Shown: piece by piece, positions 1 through 13,330 of the stretch
Numbering within the stretch: position 1 is the stretch's first letter
Layout of the letters: each line of letters begins with the position of its first letter
From: an uncultured Actinomycetes bacterium
GTDB lineage: Bacteria; Actinomycetota; Thermoleophilia; RBG-16-64-13
Length of the DNA stretch: 64,000 nucleotides
Assembly: GCA_963706025.1 (NCBI GenBank)
Contig: CAVPLM010000017.1
Location: 1,709 to 65,708 of the forward strand
Direction of reading: 5' to 3'
Position numbers and translations under genes: made by a program
Notes under the pieces: generated by a model
What the model saw: only the letters and a program-made list of their open reading frames with translations
The model's database searches: none
What the model was told of the DNA's origin: nothing

Positions 1-39
1 CCCTTTCCTGGATACATCCTTCGTCAACGTCGGCGTGCT

Positions 40-1367
40 CTACTCGGATACGCTCTGGCCTTCCATGCCCTCCAGCAACTGCGGCAGGTACCAGATCTGC
101 TGGTCGGTGGCGACTTCGCCCGTCGGCGAGGTAGGCGGTGCCGTCCTGGAGGTTCAGCGGGCCGGTCCAGAGGTTCAGACCGCCGGCCAGAGCCGCGATG
201 AACTCGTCCACCTTGGCGGAGGCATCGGCCGAGAGGCCTTCGCCCTTCTTGAAGCCGACGATGGAGGTGTCCGGGTTGTTGATGTCGGTCCAGTCGGGGC
301 CGACCCAGTTCCAGAAGCTGCGTCCATTTGCCGTCGCGGGCGGCGGTGGCGGCCTTCAGGTATTCCGGGCCCCAGTTGAAGTAGGGGACGCCCAGGGCGA
401 CCGTCGGGAGCTTCCTCGAGCGAGCCCACGAAGTCGTACGGGATGGCCCAGACCTCCTTGCCGGCGTCGGCCATCTTGCTGGCCTCGACCAGGGCCTCGG
501 TGGTGTCGATGCCGGAGATGACCACGTCATAGCCCTGGTTGAAGAAGTTGTCGGCCACCTGGGTCGGGTCGGAGGTGACGCCCGGGATGTTGAACCAGAA
601 GCCGATCCAGTTGACGCGTGAACTTCAGGTCGGCCGGGTCTTTCTTCAGATACTCGGTCCAGGCGTACCTGGCGCCCAGGTAGACGGAGGCGGCCAGGCG
701 GCGGGTCTCGTCGTTGATCAGCGGGCCGAGGTAGCCGATCTTGCCGGTCTGGGTGGTCAGGGCGGCGGCGACGCCGGCGATCATCTTGCCGTATTCCATC
801 TTGCCCATGATGTTGCTGAGGTTGGGCAGGTTCTGGAAGTCCTTGCCGTCCTTCCAGGCGCCGTCGCCGGAGGGTGGACGCACCGGGATGTCCGGGTGGG
901 CCTTGGCGAAGGCGATGGCGCCGTCCTTCATGTCGTCGGAGGTGAAGAAGATCATCTTGGCGCCCTGGGCGAGCAGCTCTTCGGCCAGCTGCTCGACAGT
1001 GGTGCCGGGCCGGTCGGCGGAGTTGGCCTTGTCGACGTAGACCATCTTGGCGCCGGGGAGCTTCTCCTCGACGTAGAGGCCGCCTTCGTAGTTGGCCTGG
1101 CTCCAGCCGTTGTCGTTGTAGGGGCCCACGAGCACCATGCCGAAGATGAACTCCTCGGGCGGCCGTGGCCGTCGTGGTGGTCGCGGCCTCGGTCAGCGGC
1201 GTCGTGGTGGCCGGAGCGAGCGGTGGTGGCTGTGGTTGCCGGGCAGCAGTAGTGGTGGTCGTCTCCTCGGTGTCGTCGCCACACGCGGCGGCGAACAGGC
1301 CGACGGGGACGAGGAGGATCACAAGTGCGCTGCAGATGAAGACGCGGCGTGATCGTGATGTGGGCAT
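40..1367 (-). pseudogene. BMP-family (PnrA-like) ABC transporter substrate-binding lipoprotein, multiply frameshifted
   Basis: Pieces in three minus frames (ORFs 24..1490, 527..1138, 175..558) join into one protein. It has a signal peptide with lipobox (LFAAACG), a Thr-rich linker, then GPYNDNGWSQANYEG...FNQGYDVVISGIDT. ATG at 1365-1367, TAG at 40-42. At least 3 frame changes. Confidence 0.7.
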
Positions 1368-1569
1368 TGCGGAGAGCACCTCACACTTCTTGTTCAGACT
1401 TGACGCCCAACGGTCCAGCATGCGGAGAACCGCCGTCTGATGCCTGGTGGACCCTCCTTTCGTCTTCTCTCTCAAGCGCAGGCGCCACACCGGCGTGACG
1501 CCGAGGAACCTGAGGCCATTCTAACCACTAACGGCCGCCGTGTTCCAGCGGTTGCTTCGGGGTTCGGGG

Positions 1570-3185
1570 TCACAGGTCGATGATCTTCATCTCGTAGATC
1601 TCGTCGATCTCCAGGCAGCGGTCGATGGCTTCCTGGGGCACGTCGTTGTCGACCTAGGATCATGATCGAATCCCTGGAGACCGTTGTCCATGCCGCTGGA
1701 GGTGACCATGCGCGAGATGTTCACGTCGAACTCGCCCATGAGTGGTGCCCACCCTCCCGATGACGCCGGGGACGTTCGGTGAGGAGCGTAAGGAGCCTGC
1801 CCTCGGGCACGAAGGTGATGGGGAAATCGCCTATCTGCACGATGCGCGGGTGCCTGTGCTCCAGCACGGTGCCGGCGATGACGAACTCCTTGCCGTCGCC
1901 CTCGGTGACGATCATGCCGGATGAGGTTGCGGTAGTCGCCGCTCTCCAGGGAGATGGTCTCGCTGACCTCGATGCCCGATCTGCTCGGCCAGGAGACCGG
2001 CGTTGACGAAGTTGACGTTGCCGCGGGACATGCTGCCCTCGAGGATGCCCTTGAGGGCGACCAGCGACAGGATCTTCGCGTCGGCGGGGTCGTCGATTTC
2101 CTTGCCCGCGAAGACGATCTCCACGCGCTTGACGCTGTCCCGGCGGATCTGTCGGTAGAGGATCCCCATCTGCTCGGCCAGACGGATGAACGAGCTGCAG
2201 CTTCGTGAACGATCTCCTCGGAGAGCGTGGGGATGTTGACCGCGTTCTTGACGATCTCGCCCTTGAGACCGGCGATGACCTCGGCCACCACTTCTTCGCC
2301 CACCCGTTTGGACGCCTCGAAGGTGGAGGCTCCCAGGTGGGGCGTGCCCACCACGGTTCGAACTCGTAGAGCGGGTGGCTCTCCTGGGGCTCGTGCACCC
2401 ACGTGTCGACGCCCACAGAGGCGATGTGGCCCGACTTCAGCCCCCGGTAGAGGGCCTCCTCGTTGAAGAGCCCGCCGCGGGCGCAGTTGACCAGACGCAC
2501 GCCGGGCTTCATCAGGGCGATCTGCTCGTCGCTCGACCATGTTCACGGTCTCTTTGGTGCGGGGCGTGTGGATGGTGATGAAGTCGGACTCCTGGAGTAG
2601 CTCCTCCAGGGTCGTCTTCTTCTCCACGTTCAGATTCGTGAAGCGGGAATCGGGGATGTAGGGGTCGTAGGCGATGACCCGCATGGCGAAGCCCCGCGCT
2701 CGCTGAGACACCAGGCCCCCGATGCGCCCTAGACCGATGATGCCCAGGGTCTTGCCGTAGAGCTCGCTGCCCTCGAACTGCTTGCGCCCCCACTTCCCGC
2801 TCTTGATGAAGCGGTCGGCCCAGGGGATGTTGCGGCTGCTGGCCAGCAGGAGGCCCATGGTGTGCTCGGCGGCGGAGATGACGTTGCTCTCCGGGGTGTT
2901 GCAGACGATGACGCCCTTCTGCGTGGCATAGGGGACGTCGATGTTGTCCAAGCCCGAGCCGGCTCTGCCCACGATGCGCAGGTTGGTCGCAGCGTCGAGA
3001 AGCTCCTTGTCGATGAGGGTCTCGCTGCGCACGATGATGCCGTGGTACTCGGGGATGATGGCGAGCAGCTCGTCACTGGCTCAGCTTGTACTGACGTCCA
3101 CCTGGCAACCCGCCGAGAGCAGGGCGATGGCGTCATCGTCCATGAGCTCGGCCACAAGGACCTTGGCATCTTCGAGGTCTTCCAA
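1570..3185 (-). pseudogene. serA: D-3-phosphoglycerate dehydrogenase, multiply frameshifted plus an in-frame TGA
   Basis: TTG 3183-3185 lies behind a GGAGG. NAD fold GIIGLGRIGGLV and a C-terminal ACT-like end ...EIYEMKIIDL with stop at 1570-1572. The protein reconstructs only by hopping between ORFs 1587..3032, 1721..2512 and 1912..2169. In-frame TGA at 3081-3083. Confidence 0.8.
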
Positions 3186-3293
3186 CCTGCCTCCCTCGAG
3201 CCGCGCGCGGCCGGCGCGCCGGGTTCACGTTGAGCGAGCCCTAGGCTAACACACGGTCGCGCCGTGCTTCCACAGGCTGGGGAGGCGGCAGAA

Positions 3294-3333
3294 GGGGCGG
3301 AGGCGGCGGGCTTCCGCCCGCCGCCTCCGCCCC
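3294..3333 (-). terminator. Perfect 18-bp stem / 4-nt loop hairpin downstream of the FTR-like gene
   Basis: GGGGCGGAGGCGGCGGGC-ttcc-GCCCGCCGCCTCCGCCCC, between the stop of 3356..3712(-) and the serA start. No clear U-tract. Confidence 0.5.
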
Positions 3334-3355
3334 TCGAGATCGAGTCCGATCCGAC

Positions 3356-3712
3356 TCAGGCGTCGCCGCTAGGCCACTGGAAGAAGAATTTCTCCGGTGG
3401 ACGCCGCTCGGGCACCGTCGTGTGGGGGATCGTCCCTTCGTTCCATTCTTTCGATACGTACAGGTTGCAGTAGCAGCTGCCAAATTGCGCGACATCGGGC
3501 TCGCGGTAGTCGCAGGGACAGATGATGTCTCGGTCGGCCTCCCGGTCTGCGGAGGCCAGACGGCAGGGGCAGCACATGTAGCCGTACCGCTCCTTGTTGG
3601 TCAAGAGACCCCCTATGAGTTCCATGACCATCTGCTGGTTATCACTGAAGAAGTAGCCCTTGGGCTCGTTGACTTTCTTCAGGCGCTCATACATCTCTTC
3701 AACAGTACTCAC
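3356..3712 (-). CDS. Ferredoxin:thioredoxin reductase catalytic-subunit-like protein (FTR/FDR family)
   Basis: 118 aa with the CPC-x16-CPC-x8-CYC cysteine pattern (CPCRLASADREADRDIICPCDYREPDVAQFGSCYC). The GTG start overlaps the stop of the upstream gene (GTGA). Confidence 0.8.
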   Translation of the reverse strand: MSTVEEMYERLKKVNEPKGYFFSDNQQMVMELIGGLLTNKERYGYMCCPCRLASADREADRDIICPCDYREPDVAQFGSCYCNLYVSKEWNEGTIPHTTVPERRPPEKFFFQWPSGDA

Positions 3713-3966
3713 AGCCCCAGCGCCTCCAGGATCTCGAGTTCGCGGTAACCGACGATGACCTTTGTTCGCCGATGAGCGATAGTGGGGAACGAGGTCTGCG
3801 GATTGACCTTCCGCACCTCGTCCAGGACCTTGCCCATCTCGTCCTTGGAAAGAAGGTCCACGAACACATAGTCATACACGACGTTGTTGTCGTCGAGCAG
3901 CTTCTTTGTGTTCCTGCAGTGACCGCAGGTGCTGAGTGCGTATAGGAAGACTTTCGGTTGATCCAT
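3709..3966 (-). CDS. Glutaredoxin/NrdH-like small redoxin (CGHC active site)
   Basis: 85 aa, KVFLYALSTCGHCRNTKKLL...FPTI thioredoxin-fold pattern. Translationally coupled to the FTR-like gene. Confidence 0.75.
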   Translation of the reverse strand: MDQPKVFLYALSTCGHCRNTKKLLDDNNVVYDYVFVDLLSKDEMGKVLDEVRKVNPQTSFPTIAHRRTKVIVGYRELEILEALGL

Positions 3967-4131
3967 GTCGTCACCTTTCCGTTGTCACCGGGTTCACAGT
4001 TCCCGGGTTGCCCGCATCGCGGAAGGAGATACCCCAAGTCACCTGGAACTATGCTTCACGCGTCGTGACATAATGGCCCCGTCGGCTGCCGGTGGCGTTG
4101 ACGGGGGACCCTGGCTGAACGGGAGGCGAAC

Positions 4132-5425
4132 GTGAGATATGGCCTGATCCGGCCGCGGATGCGTGTGCTCCGAGTGATCGTGGGGAGCTTCGTGCTGGCC
4201 TTCGCCCTGCTCTTGGCGCTGTCGGCTGTCGCCTCGGCTCAATCCTTCTCGGACGTCAGGGGAGACGAGTGGTTCGCCGAGGCTGTGGACGCACTGGCCG
4301 CGGAAGGGATCGTGAGCGGGCGCGACGACGGCTCGTTCGGACCTTCGGACCCGGTCACCCGGGCCCAACTGGCGGCGCTCCTGGCCCGCACTCTCGATCT
4401 GCAGGACTTCCCGTACACCCCGTTCATCGACGTCACCACCCAGGATTGGTTCTCCGGGCCCGTAGGCGCTCTCTATCAGACGGGTATCGTCTCCGGGACC
4501 GGCCCCATCACGTTCTCTCCCCAGCTACCCGTCAGCCGCCAGCAGGCGGCCACTCTCGTCATGCGGGCACTGTCCTACACCCAAGAGAGTGAGCCGCCGG
4601 CCGAGGGAGACCACGTTCTACCCCCCGGTACGGCCGATCTCTGGCTGGCCGGTTTTCGCGACCGGGCTCTGATCGGGCCTGAGCACTCCGAGTCCGTCGC
4701 CAACGCCTATCGGCTGGGCATCATCGAAGGGGCTCCGGACGGCTGGTTCTATCCCTCACTGACCCTTACCCGAGCTCAGATGGCGGCCGTGCTCTACCGG
4801 GCCTTCCTGCAGCCGGTCGTGGCCAAGAACACCTACCCGGTGGAGTTGGAGGCCCTGTCGTACTACCCGGCCCAGTCGGTTGGCTCAGAGGGGCCTCTCG
4901 GTGTCGTTCCTGGAGTCCCGGCTCACGGCTCTCTGCTTCCCTTGCGGACCGGTCGACGGCGTCTACGACTACCGTACCAAGGACGCCGTGATGGCCTTCG
5001 AGAAGGCGGAACGGCTCAGCCGGGACGGCAACGTCGGGCCGGAGGTCTGGCAGCATCTCTTCAGCGCCCAGACCCCCACGCCGCGTCTGGCGGGGGGCGG
5101 TGATCGGGTAGAGGTGGACATATCCCGGCAGATCCTTCTGATGATCAAAGACGGCAAGGTGACCAAGGTGCTGCACGTGTCCACGGGCAAACTGGGCACT
5201 CCCACCGGTCATGGCAAAGTGCGCAGCAAGAGCCAAGGTTGGACCCATTGCCCCGTGGGGTGGATGTACTCACCGTCGTACATCATGCCCCACATCGCCA
5301 TCCACGGCTACAAGAGCGTCCCCCCGTGGCCCGCCAGTCACGGCTGCGTCCGCGTGCCGGTGTGGACGGCCGACGAGCTGTACGACGAGCTGCCCCTCGG
5401 GCTTCCGGTGGACGTGTACTACTAG
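4132..5425 (+). pseudogene. SLH-domain L,D-transpeptidase (3 SLH repeats + PG-binding + YkuD domain), one frameshift near 4893
   Basis: Signal peptide, then SFSDVRGDEWFAEAVDALAAEGIVSG-type SLH repeats. The second frame (ORF 4880..5425) carries GPVDGVYDYRTKDAVMAFEKA and the catalytic HGY...SHGCVRV. Confidence 0.75.
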
Positions 5426-5490
5426 AGCCGTGACTGCCACGGTGGGACCACCAGTGCCGAGCATCGGCCGCGCTGCGCGGTCCGGGCTCC

Positions 5491-6846
5491 CTAGCCGACG
5501 AGTTCCCTCACCAGTTCCTCGAACACGGTGTTGTGGAGATCGACGTCCTCGTCCGTGGTCTGAGGTGATATCAGCACCATGGTGTGGAAGGGCGTGAGCA
5601 AGATCCCGCGGTTCGCCATGTAGACATGGACCAGGGTGTCCAGCTCGTCATCGAAGGCCCTTTCCGCCTCTTCCCCGTTCCTGGGCGGATCTTTCACGAA
5701 CCTGTATTCGGCTCGACAGCCGAGGCGATTCACGTGCCAGGGCAACTCATACCTCTCGATGGTCTCGGACACGCCGTCGGCCAGCCTCGTGGCCACGGTG
5801 ATCATCTTCTCGAAGGCGGCTTCGGTCAAGACATCACTGAGGGTCGCCTTGATGGCCGCCATCTGGAGTATCGTTCCGGCGACCGTGCCGCCCGTTCCTA
5901 TTCCGAAGTGCTTGCCCGGGATTCCCAGCGGCGGGGTGGTCAGTCTGTCAGACATCTCTTGCGTAAGACCCATCGCCGCCGCGGGGAGTCCTCCGGCGAT
6001 CGACTTGCCGATGGTGAAGAAATCCGGTTCGAGGCCCCAGCCGCGAGTGCATCCACCCGGTCCGGCGCAGATCGTGTGGGTCTCATCCATGATCAGAAGG
6101 GTGCCGTACTTGCGCGTGATCGCGCGCAGGGCCGCGTGATAGCCGGGCTCGGGCCAGATGATGCCGGCGTTGGTCATCGCCGGTTCGGCCAGCACGCAGG
6201 CCACGTCGCCCGGGGCCAGTGCCCTCTCCAAAGCATCGACATCGTTGAACTGGATGACGCGGGAGGCGGGGTTCGGCAGGGCGCCGATGACCTGTCGGTG
6301 CTGCGCCATCCTCGGCCCATGCTGGACGGACACCAACGCTTCATCGACGCTACCGTGGTAGCAGCCGTCGAATACGAGGACCAGGTTCCTTCCCGTAGCC
6401 ATGCGGGCGAATCTGATGGCGAATCTGTCGGCATCGGTGGCGGTGGTGTAGATCTGCCAGTAAGGCAGGCCGAAGCGGCGGGCAAGCTCTTCACCGACCC
6501 AGATGGCGTCCTCGGAAGGCAGCATGGTGGTCATGCCTCTGTAGACCTGTCTGCAAATCGCTTCGGCAGTGGCTGCGGGAGAATGACCGGTCAGGGACCC
6601 GGAATCGCCCAGAGCCAGGTCGACGTAGGTGTGACCGTCCAGGTCTTTCAGGCGGGCGTTCTTCGCCTCGCTGACGAAGATGGGGAAAGAACCAGGCCAC
6701 TCCGTCATCCAGCCCATGGGGACGCCTCTGAACAGCGACTTCTTGGCGCGCTCGAAAAGGTCGCGCGACTGGGGACGGTCGGCGACGTAGCGCTCTTCTT
6801 CACGCCTCGTGAGCGCACCGATCTTGTCTCTGGCGATCACTGACAT
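5491..6846 (-). CDS. Class-III (GSA-aminomutase-like) PLP aminotransferase
   Basis: Intact 451 aa. DETHT...FTIGKSIAGG PLP-lysine region. GSA-aminomutase/omega-transaminase-like layout. Confidence 0.75.
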   Translation of the reverse strand: MSVIARDKIGALTRREEERYVADRPQSRDLFERAKKSLFRGVPMGWMTEWPGSFPIFVSEAKNARLKDLDGHTYVDLALGDSGSLTGHSPAATAEAICRQVYRGMTTMLPSEDAIWVGEELARRFGLPYWQIYTTATDADRFAIRFARMATGRNLVLVFDGCYHGSVDEALVSVQHGPRMAQHRQVIGALPNPASRVIQFNDVDALERALAPGDVACVLAEPAMTNAGIIWPEPGYHAALRAITRKYGTLLIMDETHTICAGPGGCTRGWGLEPDFFTIGKSIAGGLPAAAMGLTQEMSDRLTTPPLGIPGKHFGIGTGGTVAGTILQMAAIKATLSDVLTEAAFEKMITVATRLADGVSETIERYELPWHVNRLGCRAEYRFVKDPPRNGEEAERAFDDELDTLVHVYMANRGILLTPFHTMVLISPQTTDEDVDLHNTVFEELVRELVG

Positions 6847-6912
6847 GGTGCCTTCCTTCGTCTCGCGAGCGGACCTAGCCCAAGCGGTGGGTCTGCCGCC
6901 GTTCCCGGCAGC

Positions 6913-8167
6913 CTAAGGGGCCGGAGTCTCGTGCAGCAAACGCCGTCGCAGCAGATCGAGAGCGGCCAAGGCCGCCCGCTCCCTGATCTGGTCTCGGCGC
7001 CCGAAGAGGCGGAGCCGCTCCACCTCGGTGACACCGTGCACCACACTGCCGATGAAGACCAGCCCGACCGGCTTCTCCTCGCTCCCGCCGTCGGGGCCGG
7101 CGACACCCGTGGTGGAGAGGGCGCAGCTCGCACGCAGCAGTCGTGCCGCTCCCTCGGCCATGGCCGCCGCCACCTCCTCACTCACGGCTCCATGGGCGGC
7201 CAGCAGCTGCGCGGGCACGCCGAGGACTTCGGTCTTCACGTCGTTGCCGTAAGCGGTGACCCCGCCGACGAAGTAGTCGCTGCTGCCCGGGACGTCGGTG
7301 AAACGCTTGGCGACCAGACCCCCCGTGCACGACTCGGCGACGGCTACCGTCAGTCCGGACCGGCGAAGAAGCTCACCCGTGATCTCCGGCAATCCCTCGC
7401 TGTCCACGCCGAACACCCTGTCGCCCAGGAGCGCGCAGATGCGCTCCTGCAGGGTCGTCCAGCTTCCGGGTCCCTTCGGGGGTCGCCGGGCCCCGCAGGA
7501 TCACGGTGAGGCCGTCCAGCTGGGCTCGGGTCCCGATGTCCACCTCCGAGCCGCGCCAATCGAACTCCGCGAGCATCTCCGCCACCATCGACTCCCCGAT
7601 GCCGAAGGTGCGTATCCGCCTGACCGCGTGGCCGCCCTCCGCGCCCGCGCGGGCGCGGAGCAGCGGCTCCACGGTGCCTTCCCACATCTCCTTGAGCTCC
7701 CAGGGCACCCCGGGCAGGGCGACCACGAGAGTGTCTCCGTGCTGCACGAGGAAGCCGGGCGCCGTGCCCGAGATGGGGATGGCGGAGGCTCCTCGGGGAA
7801 GCGAGGCCTGCTTGCGGTTGCTATCGCCCATGGTGAAGCCCCGGGAGGCGAAGCGCTCGCGGATGAGCTCCAGCAGGTCCTCGTGGTGTTCGAGCGGACG
7901 GCCGAGGGCTTCGGCGGCGGCTTCGCGGGTGAGGTCGTCTTCGGTGGGGCCCAGCCCGCCCGAGAGCACGAGCACCGCCGGGCCGCGCGCCAAGCTGTCC
8001 CGGATGGCCGCGACGATGGCGGGGAGTTCGTCGGCCACACAGAGGGCGTGAGTGGCGAGGATGCCCAGATCCAGTAGCCGCTCTCCCAGGTAGGCCTGGT
8101 TGGTGTTGACGGCGTCGCCGCGCAATAGCTCGTCGCCGGTGAAGATCATCTCGGCCGCATTGTCCAT
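6913..8167 (-). pseudogene. cinA: CinA: MoCF-type domain + nicotinamide-nucleotide amidase (PncC) domain, one frameshift near 7460
   Basis: N-terminal part in ORF 7373..8167 (IFTGDELLRGD..., SGGLGPTEDDLT). C-terminal part in ORF 6913..7416 (AVAESCTGGLVA..., STTGVAGP). Confidence 0.8.
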
Positions 8168-8682
8168 CGGTCATCCGCTCCGTTCTTCACAAGGGTCGCG
8201 TGACCCTGTATCATACCCGGTCACCACCGAAGTGCTGATGGAGAACGATGAGATGAGCGACACGACCACACGCGCAACCGAGCGGCGCACCAGCGCCCAG
8301 CTCCCCACCGGGGCCGGTTTGCGGTGGCATCGTCAGCACCTTGGTCCTTTCCGCGGCTGGCAGCCTTCGTGGTTCTAGCCCCTCGCGGTACGCGGGGGGC
8401 GCCTCCAGCGGCCGGATGATCCCGCGATCATCGTGGCCGGGTTCGGGCGCAGAGATGCGCCATCTGGCTGGCAAGTGACCACGAAAGGGATACAGTGCAA
8501 GATCGAGACGACAACCCAGAAGCCGTGAGCGCCGCCATTGGTGCGCCGGCCGCCGATGCAGCCGGCGCTACCGATGCGGCGCCGCCGACGAGGCCGGCGG
8601 TGCTCATGCCGAGAACACCGGTGCCACCGGCCTCGGCGCTCCTCTCGACCTCTCCGGCATCAAGTACGACTCCCGAGGCCTC

Positions 8683-9009
8683 GTGCCGTGCATCGTCCAG
8701 GAATGGACCACGGGCGAGGTCCTCATGCTCGCCTACATGAACGCGGAGTCGCTTCGCCGGACTCTCGAGACCGGCACCACCTGGTTCTTCAGCCGCTCGC
8801 GCAACGAATTCTGGAACAAAGGGGCCACCTCCGGCCATTTCCAGAAGGTGCGCGAGCTCCGCTACGACTGCGACGGCGACACCCTGCTCGCCCTGGTCGA
8901 GCAGACGGGCGCCGCCTGCCACACCGGCGACTTCACCTGCTTCGACGGCCGATGGCTCAGCTCTCCCGCCGGAGAGCGGCCCCCGTTTCTCGCCCGCCGA
9001 GAAAGGTAG
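8683..9009 (+). CDS. hisI: Phosphoribosyl-AMP cyclohydrolase
   Basis: [29 protein letters not shown]...CHTGDFTCF. The conserved [10 protein letters not shown] lies in frame upstream of 8683 with no start codon. The true start is therefore probably upstream (GVG 8495 frame plus a frameshift). Confidence 0.75.
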   Translation: MPCIVQEWTTGEVLMLAYMNAESLRRTLETGTTWFFSRSRNEFWNKGATSGHFQKVRELRYDCDGDTLLALVEQTGAACHTGDFTCFDGRWLSSPAGERPPFLARRER

Positions 9010-9015
9010 GCGGCC

Positions 9016-10552
<1,537 letters not shown>

Positions 10553-10555
10553 GTC

Positions 10556-11308
<753 letters not shown>

Positions 11309-11323
11309 GGGCCGGTGACGGCG

Positions 11324-12405
11324 ATGGCGACCGAACTGCTGACGCCGATGTTGACGCCGACGCTGACGTTCACCGAAGTGCTGCAGCGTCTGGCCGAGGG
11401 GCGAGACCTCGCCGCGAGAAGAGGCCGCCGCGGCGCTCGACGAGCTGGTCGACGGCGAGGTCAGCGATGCTGAAGTCGGCGCCTTCCTCATGGGCCTTCG
11501 CGCCAAGGGGGAGACCGCCGACGAGATCGCCGGCCTGGCGGAGGCCATGCGCCGGCGGGCCGTGCGGGTGAGTCGTCCCGGAGCGAGGATGCGCTGGTCG
11601 ACGTCGTCGGCACCGGAGGGGACGGCCGCGGTACGTTCAACATCTCCACCACGGCGGCCTTCGTGGTGGCGGGGGCGGGGGTGAAGGTGGCCAAGCACGG
11701 GAACCGAGCGGCCAGTTCGCGCTGCGGCTCGGCGGACGTGCTGGAGGCTCTGGGGGTGCGGGTGGACCTCCAGCCGGCGGAGATCGCCGCCTGCATCGAA
11801 GAAGTGGGCATCGGGTTCATGCTGGCTTCGCTCCACCATCCCGCTTCGGGCAGGGTGGCAGGCGTGAGGAAGGCTCTGGGGGTGCGGACGGTCTTCAACT
11901 TCCTCGGCCCGCTGACCAACCCCGCCGGAGTCCGCAGATTGCTGCTGGGCGTGAGCGCGCCGGAGTACCTGGAGGTGCTGGCGGGGGCGCTCGCGCGCAT
12001 GGGATGCGAGCGAGCGCTCCTCGTCCACGGTGAGGAGGGGATCGACGAGTTGTCGGTGACCGGAGCCAGCACGGTGCTGGAGGTGAACGAAGGACAGCGT
12101 GGCGCCGGCCCGCACCTTGTGCCCCGAGGAGCACGGGATCGCCCGTCACGAACCGGCGACCTTGACCGGGGGCGATCCGCAGGAGAACGCGGCCATCACC
12201 CGGAGCGTCCTCGGCGGTAAGCGCGGCGGTCCTCGCGATGTGGTGCTGCTGAACGCGGGGGCGGCTCTGTACGTGGCCGGGGTCGGCCGGTTCCATAGAC
12301 GAGGGCATAGGGCTGGCCCGGGCGTCCATCGACTCCGGCCGGGCCTCCCGGGTCTTGGAGGAGATGGTGCTGTTCACCAACCGAGCGGGGGCTGCATCAG
12401 GATGA
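11324..12405 (+). pseudogene. trpD: Anthranilate phosphoribosyltransferase, about 3-4 frameshifts
   Basis: Pieces in ORFs 11490.., 11663.. and 12099.. ([54 protein letters not shown]). Stop TGA at 12403-12405. Confidence 0.8.
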
Positions 12406-13330
12406 GCCCATCCGGCCATATCGCGAGCGGCGCCGAGGCCGGAAGGTCCGCCGGCGCGTCCACAGGCGCGCCGCCGTCGCGCTTGCGGCGCGCCGACTGG
12501 AACGCCGACCTACCTGGACCGGATCGTGCCTTCCGTCGTCGCCCGCCTGGAAGCACGGAAGCGGCAGGTCCCGCTGAGCGGAGCTCGAGGCTCTGCCCGC
12601 GCCGCGTCACCGATCTTCCTTCGCCGATGCTCTGCGGGCCGCGGACGTGTCGCTCATCGCCGAGGTCAAGCGGGCCTCACCCAGCAAGGGTCCGATCCGT
12701 CCGGGACTGGAAGTGGGTCCCCTGGTGAGGGCCTACGAGGCGGCCGGCGCCCGGGCGGTCTCGGTGCTCACCGAAGAGGACCACTTCCTGGGCGGTCCGG
12801 ATGATCTCCGGGCGGCCGCGGCCGCAACTCAGCTTCCTCTGCTGCGCAAGGACTTCATAGTGGACGCGTACCAGATCCACGAGGCCCGGGCCTGGGGAGC
12901 CGACGCCGTACTTCTTATTGCCGCCCTGCTTTCTGACGAGGAGCTGCATCGTTTCGCGGGACTGGCCGTCGAGCTGGGGCTCGACGTGCTGCTGGAGGTG
13001 CACGACCGGCCGGAGATGATCCGCGCGTTGTCGCTCGAGATGGTGATCATCGGGATCAACAATCGCGACCTGCGCACGTTCACGGTCTCTCTGGGGGTGA
13101 CACTCGACTTGGCCGGCCTCGTCCCGCCTGAGCGGCTTCTGGTGAGTGAGAGCGGGATCTGGACGCATGCCGATATCGTGCGGCTGGCGGCCTGCGGGGT
13201 TAGCGGAGTGTTGGTGGGGGAAAGTCTCCTGCGAAGCCCCGACGTGGGGGTCGCCGTCGAGGAGCTGATGCGACCCGTTCCGGTGGTGGCCCGAAGACCG
13301 ATCGTCACTGTGAACAGAGAGGAGGCCTGA
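12402..13330 (+). pseudogene. trpC: Indole-3-glycerol-phosphate synthase, about 2 frameshifts in the N-terminal part
   Basis: ATG 12402 overlaps the trpD stop (ATGA). LIAEVKRASPSKG, LRKDFIVDAYQI, IGINNRDL in ORF 12647..13330. Confidence 0.8.

Noticed and set aside
3081-3083. TGA in serA as selenocysteine or a reassigned codon
   Set aside because: TGA terminates many genes here, including numerous ATGA/GTGA overlaps. SerA is not a selenoprotein. I could not identify a SECIS-like hairpin immediately downstream.
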